The notes under the pieces were generated by a model. That model had not been told where the DNA came from, searched no databases, and was given only the letters and a program-made list of their open reading frames with translations. Shown here piece after piece: positions 1 through 12,704 of a stretch of DNA of 64,000 bases; position 1 is the first letter of the stretch; the number at the start of each line of letters is the position of its first letter. Both the position numbers and the translations under genes were made by a program. This stretch comes from Thraustochytrium aureum. Lineage: Eukaryota. Where the stretch lies: the NCBI GenBank assembly GCA_012862495.1, contig BLSG01000001.1, positions 72,638 to 136,637 of the forward strand, written 5' to 3'.

Positions 1-1681
1 CGCTGTACGCGCCACCACTTCGCGCGATCCAGCCGTTGCAATGCACCAGACAGCGCGGACGGAAAGTGGCCGCAGGGCACAAACGAGAGCGAGAGCGAGG
101 CCCTGGCGCGGCTCGAAAGCGCCGTATACCAGCCGCGCGTGCGAGAGGGCCGCGTGCGCAAGGCCGTCGCTCGCGCCTGGGACGCTGTCGAGAGCTTTGG
201 AGCAAGGCGGCAGGCGAAGCTGTCGGTAGGGTTTTTCGAGCTCGCTCGCTCGCTCGTGTTCGTAAACGGGGCGATGATGTGCTCCAAGTTCCTCGCCTCT
301 AAGAGCGCGACGATCAAGGACGGCCTGCGTCGCCTTGTTCGTCTAAACAGCGACCAGGTGCCGCGCTCGAACAGCACACCAAGCCGATGGCGCACGCCGG
401 CGCGTTTTATGGCGCGCTTACCGACCGCGCCAACCGTGCAAGGCGCAGCTATGAAAGCGCTGCGGGCCACTTTCGCGCGTTCGCTGACACGCTGAAAGAG
501 ACGCTGCGGCCCAGCCAGCTCGCGAAATTCATGCTGTGGGTGCACAACGACGAGGCCTGCACAGACATCCTCGACTCGCTCTGGGCGTCGACGCTGCAAC
601 GGTTGGAGGAGGACAACCGCTCAGCAGGCGCGAGCGCGCGGGCCGGGGACAACCAACGACTCAACACCTATGAGGTTTCGGAGAGCNNNNNNNNNNNNNN
701 NNNNNNNNNNNNNNNNNNNNNNNNNNNNNNNNNNNNNNNNNNNNNNNNNNNNNNNNNNNNNNNNNNNNNNNNNNNNNNNNNNNNNNNNNNNNNNNNNNNN
801 NNNNNNNNNNNNNNNNNNNNNNNNNNNNNNNNNNNNNNNNNNNNNNNNNNNNNNNNNNNNNNNNNNNNNNNNNNNNNNNNNNNNNNNNNNNNNNNNNNNN
901 NNNNNNNNNNNCATGAGCGTCAGATCCTCTTGCACGACGACGCGCAGGCAACGACCACATGGGACCTTCGCACGCCCGAAGGCGCTCTCTACCGCCTTGC
1001 CGCGCAGATTTCTTTTCGGCCGAGCTCGCACGAGATCGCTAGAATCGCCCTCACGTGGGAGACGGTTGGGGACCCGACCGCACCCGTTTCTGCGCGGTCC
1101 ACGCAATATCACGCCGCCGACCGGTCGGACGAGGTGGCGCCGCAGAGCCAGTACATTGACCACGAGGGTTCCCCGTACGCACACTACCCTCCCAGCGGCA
1201 CAGCAGCAACGGCCACCGCTCCAAGCGGCGTGCCTGGGATGCCGTTTGAGGCGGGGCAGCTCGACGCGGCTCGCATGAATACGGCGGCGCGGTGCTGTGC
1301 CCTCTTAGAATCGCGCAACGTTGGGGAATCGCGCCGTCTCGCGGCCTGCACACTGGCTCCAGATGCAATCCTTGTTGATAGCGCGCTTGGCGGCGAGTTT
1401 AGCTCGATCGACAAGATCAGCTCGTACCTGTATCGCCTTGGCCAGGCGTTTCCGCGGCTCAGCCTGAGCGATTTTCAGGTGCGCCAATTGGCGCAGACGA
1501 GCTGTTGTGCACATTTTCAGCGGTTGGAGTGTATGCGGCGACGATTTCCGCGACTAGGCCGTGCCAGTTTCTGGGTAGGGCCAAGCTCGTATTTGCGGCC
1601 AGGTCTGCCTTGATTCAGCAGCTCTACCTCGAGTTTGACGCGTCGATGCAGGAGCTCAATCCGGGCGATGCCGGTCGCTGA
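1..1681 (+). CDS. Partial protein, frameshifted and gapped: helical motif resembling the C-terminal region of protist bZIP factors, plus a C-terminal SnoaL/NTF2-like segment
   Basis: ORF 387-1613 contains LRPSQLAKFMLWVHNDEACTDILDSLW and then LAPDAILVDSALGGEF...ISSYLYRLGQAFPRL. Another frame ends IQQLYLEFDA...GR* at 1681. The family is recalled by motif only, and the bZIP itself is not visible. Confidence 0.4.
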
Positions 1682-2981
1682 GTTGCAGCGGCGGGGGGCG
1701 TGCGTGGACTTGCAGTAAACCGGTGAGCGGAGATCGCTTGTGCTACCTTACTGTCGCTCTCCTTGATTGACAAGGCTCTTGATCAAAAGCGAAGGTGGCT
1801 CGGTGATGCGAGCCGCCCCCTGAAACGATAGGTTCACAAATGTACTTGTTTTTTTTCTTTCAGTTCCTCGTATGGGAACGCAACAAGATGCGCGACAAGC
1901 GCGGCCGCGTCTGCTCGAAAGGCTTGCCCCGAGAGCTTGAGGCGACTCCTAGGTTTTTTAACGAGCTAGCTCTACTAGAGAGCGTTGTTGGTTTNNNNNN
2001 NNNNNNNNNNNNNNNNNNNNNNNNNNNNNNNNNNNNNNNNNNNNNNNNNNNNNNNNNNNNNNNNNNNNNNNNNNNNNNNNNNNNNNNNNNNNNNNNNNNN
2101 NNNNNNNNNNNNNNNNNNNNNNNNNNNNNNNNNNNNNNNNNNNNNNNNNNNNNNNNNNNNNNNNNNNNNNNNNNNNNNNNNNNNNNNNNNNNNNNNNNNN
2201 NNNNNNNNNNNNNNNNNNNNNNNNNNNNNNNNNNNNNNNNNNNNNNNNNNNNNNNNNNNNNNNNNNNNNNNNNNNNNNNNNNNNNNNNNNNNNNNNNNNN
2301 NNNNNNNNNNNNNNNNNNNNNNNNNNNNNNNNNNNNNNNNNNNNNNNNNNNNNNNNNNNNNNNNNNNNNNNNNNNNNNNNNNNNNNNNNNNNNNNNNNNN
2401 NNNNNNNNNNNNNNNNNNNNNNNNNNNNNNNNNNNNNNNNNNNNNNNNNNNNNNNNNNNNNNNNNNNNNNNNNNNNNNNNNNNNNNNNNNNNNNNNNNNN
2501 NNNNNNNNNNNNNNNNNNNNNNNNNNNNNNNNNNNNNNNNNNNNNNNNNNNNNNNNNNNNNNNNNNNNNNNNNNNNNNNNNNNNNNNNNNNNNNNNNNNN
2601 NNNNNNNNNNNNNNNNNNNNNNNNNNNNNNNNNNNNNNNNNNNNNNNNNNNNNNNNNNNNNNNNNNNNNNNNNNNNNNNNNNCTCGAGCTCGAGCAGCGC
2701 GTTGTTCAGCGGTGTCCTTTTTATTTTGGAACGGTAGGGAGGGATTCGGCTGCATCCGTAGCAGCCTGCGGCGGGACATCTCTGCGCGCGACGAGGCCGC
2801 GTGCTGAGAGCCCCCAGCCCAGTCCAGTAGGAATCAGACTGGCAACCAAAAGTCTCAAGATGGCGAAGTTTCATTGATCATCAAGAGAGTACCCGGATAC
2901 TCGGGAAAGTACCATACTGTGGCAGCAAGCGAGAGTTCAGGCGATGCTGGCGCGCGTCTCGCCACCCCGCGATTCGTCGAC

Positions 2982-4305
2982 CTATGCACCCGAGTGCAAG
3001 GACTCCTCAAGACGCTGCCGCAGGACAGGCTTGTTGCCCCGGGAATCCAAGCCGCGCTTTTTCAGCTCGTCCCGCAGGTCCACAACACGCAAGCTGTCCA
3101 ACCACTTGGTATCGACCTGGGCAGCAGGAGCAGCCTGGGCCGGCTCCTCCTGAAGTTGTGCGTTCGGCTCTACCGGCGTTGCCTTGCCCTGCGGTGTCGG
3201 CTTGCTTGCCTTTGCAGGGCGACTGGCCGGTCTTGCTGCGCTCGACGCCGCTCGCTCCGTCGGCTTGTCCGCGCTTGCCATTTTGGGCTTGGGCGAGATT
3301 TGCGCCTCAGCACCGTCTGGCGTCGGTCGCTCTACCACCACAGCGCTGTCGCGCTGAGGGGACGCAGAGTGCGCCAACTCCTCGGTGTCAGTCTCCATCG
3401 GTTCCGCATGCCGAGCAGCGCTTGGAACGCGGGCTACGGTCGCGGTCTCTGCGCCAGGACCTGTCGGTGTCTCCATTTCCGTCCGAGTCGGCTGCGCAGG
3501 CCCCTGCGAACTGGGGTCCAGCGAAGCACTCTCCTTTTGGCTTTGCGCTGAGTGGTCGTCGTCGACCTCCCATTGCGATGCGCGCAGTGGGTTGGGCTGC
3601 GCCGCGGATTTGCGCCAACGTGGCAGCATCCGGCACAATCCCGGCCTTGAGCATCTTCTCGAGACGATCGATCTCCTCTTGCGAGCGGGCTGCCATCAAG
3701 GCCTCTTGCACCACGGCCCGCTGCTCTTTGGAGAGCACCAGGCCGCTGTTGGTCGTGTCCTTGGCCATGGCAGCTCCCTGCTGCTGGACGCGCTGTTCAA
3801 ACGACTTGCCAGCTTCGCTCGAAAAGATCGCGGCCGCCTCGAGCCGCTCCCTGCGGCGCACGCGGTCGTGGTCCAAGAGGTTCACAGAGGGTATTTTGTG
3901 GATCACGTACAAGCGATAGTTTTCCCGCCGCTGCACAGGATTCCCTTCCAGGTTGAGGACTTGGAGCTGCGTAAAGCCGGCGAGCTTGTCCAACTCGCTC
4001 AGCAAGCTGATGCGGTTGTTGGCAAGCACGAGCACGCGCAGGTTGGGCACGTTCTTGTGCAGGCCGTCCTGGATGCGGCTCACGTTGTTGTTGGACAGCA
4101 AAATCCACTTGAGCCGCCCAAGCCGCGGAAGGTTTTCCAGCCGCTCCACGTCGTTATCCGTCATGTCTACCACATCAACTTGGTCCCTCAGCGCCCCAAG
4201 ATTCTCAATCGCGGGAATCCTCCTCCCGCGCAGGTCGATCTCCCTTTCCTGCAGCGCGTTCAAGAACACGCGGGCCGAGTTGATCACCTCCGCCGTCACC
4301 TTCAT
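2982..4305 (-). CDS. SNRPA1: U2 snRNP protein A' (LRR) with low-complexity linker and C-terminal SAP domain; one probable frameshift near 3580-3620
   Basis: MKVTAEVINSARVFLNALQEREIDLRGRRIPAIENLG...NPVQRRENYRLYVIHKIPSVNLLD is classic U2A'. The overlapping frame 2982-3638 ends LDSLRVVDLRDELKKRGLDSRGNKPVLRQRLEE (SAP consensus). Confidence 0.85.
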
Positions 4306-4720
4306 CCTCCCGGCGCGGGCGCACCACTCCGCACGCGAAAACCCCGCCGCCGCCTCCGCCGCCCCAACCGCCGCCACCCCCTCGCGCCAGCCTTCTGCCT
4401 TGCTTCTTTCTGCACCGTCCGCGGCAGCCTTCGCCCTTCTGCTCTTGCCTGCCTGCCTCCCTGCCGCGCCTCCACGACGTCCCCAGCCCCGACTGCCTGC
4501 CCAGGCCGCCCTTCAGCCGCTAGAGCCGAGCGTCCGCGAGCGCGGCTGCCCCTGGCGAGCGCCTGGCCAGTGGCGTTCGGCTCCGTCTGGTCTGCCGCGC
4601 AGGATCTGCCGCGCCGCCTGCGCACTGGCGCCCAGGATCCGCCGCGCTGCCTCAGGGCCAGCCGCGCTGCTCGGCTCTACGCTCGCTGGTCGAGTGGCCT
4701 GTCTACTCCGCTGCCTGCGC

Positions 4721-4827
4721 TGCCTGCGCAGTGGCGTTCGAGGTCTGCTCCTGCGCTGTCTGTGCAGTGGCGTTCGAGGCTGTGGTGGTGCCTACGGTGC
4801 CTGCGCAGTGGCGTTCGAGGTCTGCTG
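4721..4827. repeat. Minisatellite, about 3 copies of a core GCAGTGGCGTTCGAGG, running into an N gap
   Basis: TGCCTGCGCAGTGGCGTTCGAGGTCTGCT at 4721-4749 and 4798-4826, with a variant at 4757-4782. Confidence 0.85.
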
Positions 4828-5380
4828 NNNNNNNNNNNNNNNNNNNNNNNNNNNNNNNNNNNNNNNNNNNNNNNNNNNNNNNNNNNNNNNNNNNNNNNNN
4901 NNNNNNNNNNNNNNNNNNNNNNNNNNNNNNNNNNNNNNNNNNNNNNNNNNNNNNNNNNNNNNNNNNNNNNNNNNNNNNNNNNNNNNNNNNNNNNNNNNNN
5001 NNNNNNNNNNNNNNNNNNNNNNNNNNNNNNNNNNNNNNNNNNNNNNNNNNNNNNNNNNNNNNNNNNNNNNNNNNNNNNNNNNNNNNNNNNNNNNNNNNNN
5101 NNNNNNNNNNNNNNNNNNNNNNNNNNNNNNNNNNNNNNNNNNNNNNNNNNNNNNNNNNNNNNNNNNNNNNNNNNNNNNNNNNNNNNNNNNNNNNNNNNNN
5201 NNNNNNNNNNNNNNNNNNNNNNNNNNNNNNNNNNNNNNNNNNNNNNNNNNNNNNNNNNNNNNNNNNNNNNNNNNNNNNNNNNNNNNNNNNNNNNNNNNNN
5301 NNNNNNNNNNNNNNNNNNNNNNNNNNNNNNNNNNNNNNNNNNNNNNNNNNNNNNNNNNNNNNNNNNNNNNNNNNNNNNNN

Positions 5381-5659
5381 CTCATTGACTTTGCCAACGC
5401 CAGCGGGGCGCCCGTGCTCGCGCTGGACGCGCCGTCTGGCCTCTCTGCTACGGACGGCCTTGTCTTCGAGCCCTGCGTGCACGCCACGGCGACCCTGACA
5501 TTGGCTTTGCCCAAGGTCGGCCTGTTTGGCGAAAACGCCGAGCCGTTCGTCGGCGAGCTCTACCTGGGGGACATCTCCGTTCCCCCTGCGCTTTACAGGC
5601 GCCTCGGGCTCTCCGTCGGGCCGATCTTTGCGAGCAGCGACGTACTTCGACTCGTGTGA
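5381..5659 (+). CDS. NAD(P)H-hydrate epimerase (YjeF_N), C-terminal part; 5' end in gap
   Basis: PVLALDAPSGL...ATATLTLALPKVGL...GELYLGDISVP are YjeF_N motifs. Confidence 0.85.
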   Translation, partial: LIDFANASGAPVLALDAPSGLSATDGLVFEPCVHATATLTLALPKVGLFGENAEPFVGELYLGDISVPPALYRRLGLSVGPIFASSDVLRLV

Positions 5660-6185
5660 GGCCCCGGCGAGCAGCTCTAGTGGTGTAGCCGCCACGAAGT
5701 TTTGTACTTGTTGCGTTTCTTTGGAGTTGACTTGCTTCTGCAACCCGTGCGCGCTGGCGCTGCTCTTGGACGTGTGTCGCGCGTTCCACTTTCTCGCTCG
5801 CTCTCTTCAACACCTGGAGGGCGTTGGAGCTACAGTTCCCTTATGGTGAGTCGTGCCAGCGCCTGCGGTCTTCAACTCGGGCTGGGGCGGGGCGTGGCTG
5901 GCGCGCTCTGTACGAGCGCCTTAGGCCCATGCCTCTGCCCTGTCATCTCGCGATGCCACGCCGCTGGCTTGTCAGGGACGACGCGCAAAAGCTTCTTGAT
6001 CAAACGGTGCAAGCAATCGCATCAAAACGAGCGAGTACCCAGGCTTTTCAACCCGGAGAGTGAGTACCGTTGGAGTTCTCCCGAAAAGCCGCGCAACAGC
6101 AGCCGATGCGCACGCAGGCGCGTTTCGCCACGAAGGTAGGCGGTCACGAGCACTTGCTCGCTTGAGGGTGGCAAAGGACCAAGCC

Positions 6186-6438
6186 ATGTGCAAGCACGTG
6201 CCCGAGGCGCGCGTCAAACTGCGCGGGGCCTGCTGCTCGAGGTGGTTTGAGTGCGCGATTTGCCACGACGAGGCAGAGCGACACACGTTTCGGATCAAGG
6301 ACGACCTGGTCATGATGTGCATGAACTGCTCCAACACGTTTCGAAAGACGCTGAGCCAATTTGGGGCGGAGGGATGAAAAATGCCCCAAGTGCCGAGTCG
6401 TCTACGTACATGACGCGGACATGCAGGTCCCGGCGTAG
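6186..6438 (+). CDS. Small CHY zinc-finger protein (frameshift at GGG near 6372)
   Basis: MCKH...CCSRWFECAICHDE..H...CMNC, then in the shifted frame DEKCPKC...*, which completes the CHY Cys/His pattern. Confidence 0.8.
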
Positions 6439-6899
6439 GCGGCCGCCGTGCTGCAACTTGACACCCGTCATCGTCACCCGCGATGGAGAACTGGCATGAC
6501 GCCCAAAGAAATCACAGTCTTCTCGCGTTCTAAATGCCTATTAATGGAATGAACTTTCACTCAGGCTGCGTTACAGCAACGAGCGGAGCGGGACGCGCTC
6601 GCTTCATGGCGCTCAAGGCTCGCCGTTCTCAACAACCCGGCGGCGCAAACAGCCACCAAAGGCAAGAGGCGGCTCTTCTCCATCTCTACTTGTAGCAACT
6701 AGCTAGAGTTAGTAGCTTGTTGAGACAGCAAGAGCTCTACTAGTAGCTAGCTCTACTAGAGTGGGGATAGTTGGGCCAGGGCGTGCGGTGATGCGGGTCG
6801 TTCCAGCCGGCCTTCCGGCGGCCTCGCGATGCGACATGGCAGACGAATGAATGAGAGACGCTGGCTGGAATAGACTTCAATGGCTCTGCTGGCTTGCCT

Positions 6900-8672
6900 C
6901 TACTGGGTGGTGCAGCTCCCCGGCCCGGGAGGCGACGCTCTGCCGACGGCATTGTTGACCGGCGCAGCCGCAAAACCGCGCCTGTTCAGGAGGCAGCGAA
7001 ATTGAACGAGCCGCGCATGGACAGCGTCCATGTCTTGCTTCTCCTGCCGCGGGGACCAGAGCCGCTCGGCGATGGCTGCAAACCGCGGCCAGACCGTCTG
7101 CATGATATCGCTGGTGTCCACCGTCTCTGCGCAACAGCTCAACCCAAATCGCGTCAGAAGCCGCGCAGCAATGCAAACCCGCGCCGAGAACCTGGTTCGC
7201 CACAAGGCACTTACCGCCCGACAGTCTCCCCCCCGCCGCCCGATCACCGAGCTTGCACTGCTCGTCGTTGAGGTTGACGCAAGGCTCGACCTGGTAAACC
7301 TTTGCCCATCCGTCGTTGAGGTGGTCCAAGTACCAGGCGCCAGAGTCGGCGTAAATGCCGCGGTACCCGTGCTTGGTCATGTCGCTGAACGAGTCGCCCG
7401 GGCGCCATTTTTCCAGCACCGATTTGCGGTTCAGTTCCGTCCCAAACGAGGCCCAGATCTCGCTCCACCCCACCGGAGTGAGGCCCAGATCCAGTGCCAC
7501 TTCGTGTGCTCCCTTCACCAGGTACAGGTACACCTGATTTGCCGTCATATTACGGGCTTTCATCCATGCGCTCGTCGCGGGGTCCCCACTCCACTTGGCC
7601 ACGGGAACCTCGTCGCCGCCGAGGTGCACAAAAGAGTCGGGGAAGATGCTGCGCACTTCCTTCATCAGCTTGCGGATCACCTCGAATGTCTGGTTGCTCG
7701 CGGGGGAAATGATTGCGCCAGACTTTTCGCAGATATTCGGGTACGCCTTGCACCAAGTCATGGTGTGGCCAGGCAGGTCGAGCTCAACCATTATGCGGAT
7801 GCCGCGTTTTCGCGCAAACCGAACCATGTGCTCAAGGTCTTCGCGCGTGTACCGCTCTTGCGGGGACCACGCTGCGGAGCGGCAAAACTCCGGCAGGGCT
7901 TCGCTGCAAAAGGGAAAGCTCTGGTCGTCCTCGATGTGCCAGTGCAGCGTGTTGGCCTTGGCGAAGGCCATGCTCTCCACCACACGCTCGAGCGTCCGGA
8001 TGGGCAGGAAGTGGCGCGAGGTGTCGACGAGCAGCTCGCGGTGCGCGAACCGCGGTGCGTCCTCGATGTGCCAGGGGCTGTGCGGGACTTCGAACCGCTT
8101 TTCGTCAAAGTTGAAGCGGACCAATTGGCTCAGCGACTCGAGCGCTCGATACGCGCCAAAGATGGTGGCCGCCTTGATCTGGACGTTACCGCTCGCGCTT
8201 ACGTCCAGGGCGTAGGTCTCGTCCGCGCCAAAGTCAAGCTCAGAGGCGTCCGAGTCAACAAATACTGAGACGGACTGCGTCGTGGCCGCGCACCCGTTCT
8301 GAGCCATCGCCGCACCTTGCGGGAGATCATGGTCGAAAATGAGCCACTTGTACCTCGCAAAGGCTTGGGCTAGATCATCGCAGCCCTCTGACGACCGCGC
8401 CGAGCTCGGCCTCTCTGCAAGCCGGAGATTCCCGTGCGAGCCGAACTCGAGCGCTTCGATGCCTCCGTCCTCGGCGGCGGCCCGCGCGCCGTCGTTCGAC
8501 GCGCACGCCCCTCGCGCAACAAACTCCCACTTGGCCGGATCCACGCAGACCACCTCCTCCCCAAACTGGGCCACTTTCGGCAAGGGCCACACCATTTCTC
8601 CGGCCCTGCGGCGGCGGCCGCGAGCGTCCCACCTGCCGCGAGAGCCGCCAAGGCCTGCCATTGGACGCGCAT
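6900..8672 (-). CDS. Beta-N-acetylhexosaminidase (GH20), secreted or lysosomal; intron about 7127-7214; several small frameshifts
   Basis: Signal peptide MRVQWQALAALAAGG, then VWPLP, DAPRFAHRELLVDTSRHF, HLGGDEV (catalytic DE), WYLDH and ETVDTSD...VWPR..AIAERLWS. Intron has a GTAAGT donor at 7214 and a CAG acceptor at 7127. Confidence 0.92.
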
Positions 8673-8985
8673 CCTCACGAGCCCTCGAGGGCGAAACCGC
8701 CTCACGAACCGCAACAGAGCAGCAGAGTCCGCACGCGCTTGCACGTCCCGTGGTCCTCCGCAGGAGCGAGCTGCCAGTCGTTCGAGGTCTGCCAGCCAGT
8801 GCCAGGGCATTCATTGCCAGGGCAATCAATCAATCTTGTTCGAGCGGCGATGAGAAAAATCCATCCCCGCTGGCCTCCACGCAGGCCCGTGGCCGAGGCT
8901 TGTTTGCACATGTGTGGGCGAGCGCGCAGCGATCAAACCAAGCCTTGCAGGTGGCTTGCTCCATTGGTGCATGCACGACTTGGAG

Positions 8986-9044
8986 TGGGACTCGGCCTGG
9001 GACTCGGCCTGGGACTCGGCCTGGGACCTGGCCTGGGGACTGGG
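8986..9044. repeat. 12-bp tandem repeat (TGGGACTCGGCC)x3 plus degenerate copies
   Basis: Units at 8986, 8998, 9010 and 9022 (variant), read directly. Confidence 0.9.
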
Positions 9045-9529
9045 TTGGACGAGATGTGCCCCATCGCCAAGATCAAGCGCCTGGCCGTGATGAAGCGCGC
9101 GCGCGAAGAGAGCTGGCATCATCCGCGTCGCCAGCGCTGCCGACACGAAGTGCCACGAGGTGCCAAGGATACCGTGAGTAGGCAGGCTGGCCTTGATGGG
9201 GTAGTGCAAAAGCGTACGAGCGAGGCCTCTGCCGGCTCCGGCGCGAGCGTGGCGTGAGCACTGNNNNNNNNNNNNNNNNNNNNNNNNNNNNNNNNNNNNN
9301 NNNNNNNNNNNNNNNNNNNNNNNNNNNNNNNNNNNNNNNNNNNNNNNNNNNNNNNNNNNTGCGTTGGTTGGCCGACGTGAGTAAGTAAGTCCTCGAATAC
9401 TTGACGCGAGACGCAACGATCGTTGAGCCAAGGAGGATCCATCCTCCTTGGACTGTTTTAATTGCGATACGATCCTGGCTCGGCTCGGGCGGGCTGCTCC
9501 GTTGGGCTCACCACGTCCATTTTGACCAG

Positions 9530-9586
9530 GGTCAGAACGGTCCATTCCGAATGGGTCAGAATGGGTCATCAGAATGGTCCATTCCG
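9530..9586. repeat. Short nested direct repeats (TCAGAAYGGTCCATTCCG x2, GAATGGGTCA x2)
   Basis: Read directly upstream of the crotonase gene. Confidence 0.7.
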
Positions 9587-9862
9587 GCTCGCAGCGCGCG
9601 TCGCAGACGAGCAGGGCTCGCTATCCATCTCCGCTCGGCCAGGCGATCGTCCGTGGAACAGAACGAGCCTCGAGGCAGTGATGGCGGACTGACGAGTGAT
9701 CTTTTTGCTTGTCTTTTTTTTTGCGCAACGCGACATTGCGACCGCGGCAGACCTGGATCTTGCCAAAGCCACTGGCCACGCAGGCGGGCGGGCGGGTAGA
9801 TTAGCTGGCAAGGAGGTGGTTCGAGGCGAGGAAGAGCGGCTCGCCAGCCGCATTCGGAAAGG

Positions 9863-10768
9863 ATGGCGGCGACCTGGCCAACGTTTTCCAACTTGAAGGT
9901 TGACGTCAAAGACGGGGTTTGCACGGTGATGCTGTCACGGCCCAAGCAGCGCAATGCGTGGACGGAGGCGCTCAGGGTGGAGCTGGTAAAGGCCTTCGAG
10001 ACCGCCAGCCGGGACCCCAACGTGCGCGCCGTTATATTGACCGGCGACCCCGCCGGAAGGGCGTTTTGCGCTGGGGCAGACCTCAGCGGCGGGAAATTGG
10101 GCGGCGATGACGATGGGGCAAACCTGGTCGACGTGCCAAAGGGCCGCCGAGCGGACGCCTCAACGTTCCGTGACGGGGGTGGCGTGGGCGCGCTGGCCAT
10201 TTTGCGCTGCACCAAGCCCGTCATCGCCGCGATGAACGGCCCGGCGGTCGGAGTGGGCATGACCATCTCCTGCGCCTGCGACATGCGCGTGGCCGCGCAT
10301 GATTCCAAGGTGGGGTTTGTGTTTACGCGACGCGGACTGGCATGCGAAAGCATTTCTTCATGGCTTCTTCCTCGGATCGTCGGCATGGGCCAGGCGATGG
10401 AGCTCGTCCTGACCGGCCGCGTGTTCCGAACGCAGGATGCGCCGCCGGGCCTCTTCAACTATGTCGTTCCGGCAGACCAAGTAGTCGCCAAGGCGCGCGA
10501 GCTCGCGCTTGAGATCGCCCGAAACACGAGTGCGGTGAGCGTGGCTCTGTCGCGCTTCTCGCTCTTGCGCAACGCCAACCTGACGCCGGAGCAGGCCCAC
10601 CTCGCCGAGTCCAAGATTATTCACTACACGAGCAGCGGGGCAGACGCCAAGGAGGGCATTATGTCGTTTCTCGAGAAGCGCGAGCCGAAGTTTAAGATGG
10701 ACCCGTACAGGGACTTGCCGCCCTTCTTTCCCTGGTGGACGCAAGTGGACACAGAGTCCAAGCTGTAG
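9863..10768 (+). CDS. Enoyl-CoA hydratase/isomerase (crotonase family), peroxisomal
   Basis: AFCAGADL, KPVIAAMNGPAVGVG and EGIMSFLEKREPKF motifs; C-terminal SKL is a PTS1. ORF is intact. Confidence 0.93.
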   Translation: MAATWPTFSNLKVDVKDGVCTVMLSRPKQRNAWTEALRVELVKAFETASRDPNVRAVILTGDPAGRAFCAGADLSGGKLGGDDDGANLVDVPKGRRADASTFRDGGGVGALAILRCTKPVIAAMNGPAVGVGMTISCACDMRVAAHDSKVGFVFTRRGLACESISSWLLPRIVGMGQAMELVLTGRVFRTQDAPPGLFNYVVPADQVVAKARELALEIARNTSAVSVALSRFSLLRNANLTPEQAHLAESKIIHYTSSGADAKEGIMSFLEKREPKFKMDPYRDLPPFFPWWTQVDTESKL

Positions 10769-11559
10769 TCAAAATTCACCAAAATGGGGCCTCCCTCTGA
10801 GAAGCTGGTTTTTGTACTGTCCAGATAATGGCTGTTGTAAAACAAGGTGCTCAATCACAGCCCGGCACCGATGCCCTCTACAACGTCCAGGGCAGCGTTC
10901 CCTTCTTTAACGGGCATGCCGATCGCCATTCGTATCTCGTTTAATTCGCTGCGATTCCTGCATTTCCACCAGATATTGCACAGCATCCCAAAAGGAACAA
11001 GGCCACAGTACTAGCACCGGCGATGACTGGGATGCTTAATTCGGACGTGCCGTCCGCGGTGCATGGACAACCCACAAGAGTACCTGGAGACGCCCCAGAG
11101 CGGCAACATCAGTTNNNNNNNNNNNNNNNNNNNNNNNNNNNNNNNNNNNNNNNNNNNNNNNNNNNNNNNNNNNNNNNNNNNNNNNNNNNNNNNNNNNNNN
11201 NNNNNNNNNNNNNNNNNNNNNNNNNNNNNNNNNNNNNNNNNNNNNNNNNNNNNNNNNNNNNNNNNNNNNNNNNNNNNNNNNNNNNNNNNNNNNNNNNNNN
11301 NNNNNNNNNNNNNNNNNNNNNNNNNNNNNNNNNNNNNNNNNNNNNNNNNNNNNNNNNNNNNNNNNNNNNNNNNNNNNNNNNNNNNNNNNNNNNNNNNNNN
11401 NNNNNNNNNNNNNNNNNNNNNNNNNNNNNNNNNNNNNNNNNNNNNNNNNNNNCAAGCCGAGTACTCTAATCTGTGCGTCACAAGAGGCAGAGTCGTCACA
11501 GCAGTCGCGGTGAATGCTTTGGATGGACGCGCGAAAAGCAGCCATTACCTACCTACCGG

Positions 11560-12704
11560 CATCGAGCGGAGCGCCAAGCCCGGAAACTGCGCTCCAATAG
11601 CCGGTTGTTTACGCGCGCAGAGGCAACAATGAGTCGCATGCGGCGCTGCTCCTTTATACGACAGACCAAGCCCTGCCAGAGAAAAAAGGTGTCTGCTGTG
11701 AGCCGAGCACGGCAGTTGGCCTCACGTATGGCGATCGCGCGGCTCGCAGCCGCAAGAGTGCGCCATGCGGCGATGCACGTCAAGAGCATGCGCGTCTCCC
11801 GGCGCGCAACGATCCACGACCGCCGCGTCTCGAGCAGTGCGTGGGAACGAAGCGTTGCTCGAAACGCAACTTGCGCCGCACGACGCCTCCACGCGGACTG
11901 CCAGAGTACGGCTGCGCGATACTCGCGGGCCAGACGGCGGTCTCGGGCAGCTCGCCACGCTTGCTGGATTCGCGCCGCGCAGTGATTGACCCGCTTGCGG
12001 TATACTGCACCGGGAAGGCGCGACCACCTGAACATGTCATCCGGGAGTGCGCCAAAGCGCCGCTCTAGGAATGCAAAGATCCTGACGTCCATGTCCACCA
12101 TTCGCTGCACCTTCACCTCCGAGTCCCACGTCGAACGCGCAAGAGTAGGGCGCGCTCGAGCCTTCGACGCGAAAGCAGGAATATCGCCATCGCCTCGCGG
12201 GTCTTGCAGTCCGTCGGAGAGCCGCTTGTGCTGCTTCCTCTCCCTTGCGAGAGCGTCAGCTTGCTCAGCAATGCAGTCTTCGTCGCGACTGATCGCATGG
12301 CATGCCGCCCGAAGTGCTAGGTGCTCTGCCTCCTGGAGCGCAGCCATGCGCCTAAGCGACACCATTAGCGCGTACCGCTGCGCTTGGGATCCGTCGACGG
12401 GTTCATTGTTGCGTGCCGGCTCAGCCGTGTCGGCGTCGAGCGCGGCTCCAAGGCCGTTGGCGTCCACGCACGGCCTCCGCCGCCTGCCCCTTGCACGGCC
12501 CGCCCCTCCGTTGCACTCCTTGCCCATTTTCTTCTTCACCGCGATGCGCCAGTCATCCGGCACGAGCGCCCGAGGCACGGCGGGTCTTCTTCCCTCGAGC
12601 TCTCGCAACGCGCGCTGGGTCGCGTCAGAGCCACTCGAGCGCCATTCTGGCGCAATTCGCCCGCGACGACACGCAGAGCGGAACTGCGCAGCAGCAGGCT
12701 CCAT
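11560..12704 (-). CDS. Hypothetical IQ-motif protein (large first exon; probably continues through an intron and gap toward ~10900)
   Basis: CAARIQQAWRAARDR and AAVLWQSAWRRRAAQ are IQ-like. A GTAGGT donor lies near 11556. Confidence 0.55.

Noticed and set aside
4721..4827. CRISPR-like array
   Set aside because: Only about 3 degenerate units with very short, related spacers, no cas genes and a eukaryotic context. It is a minisatellite.
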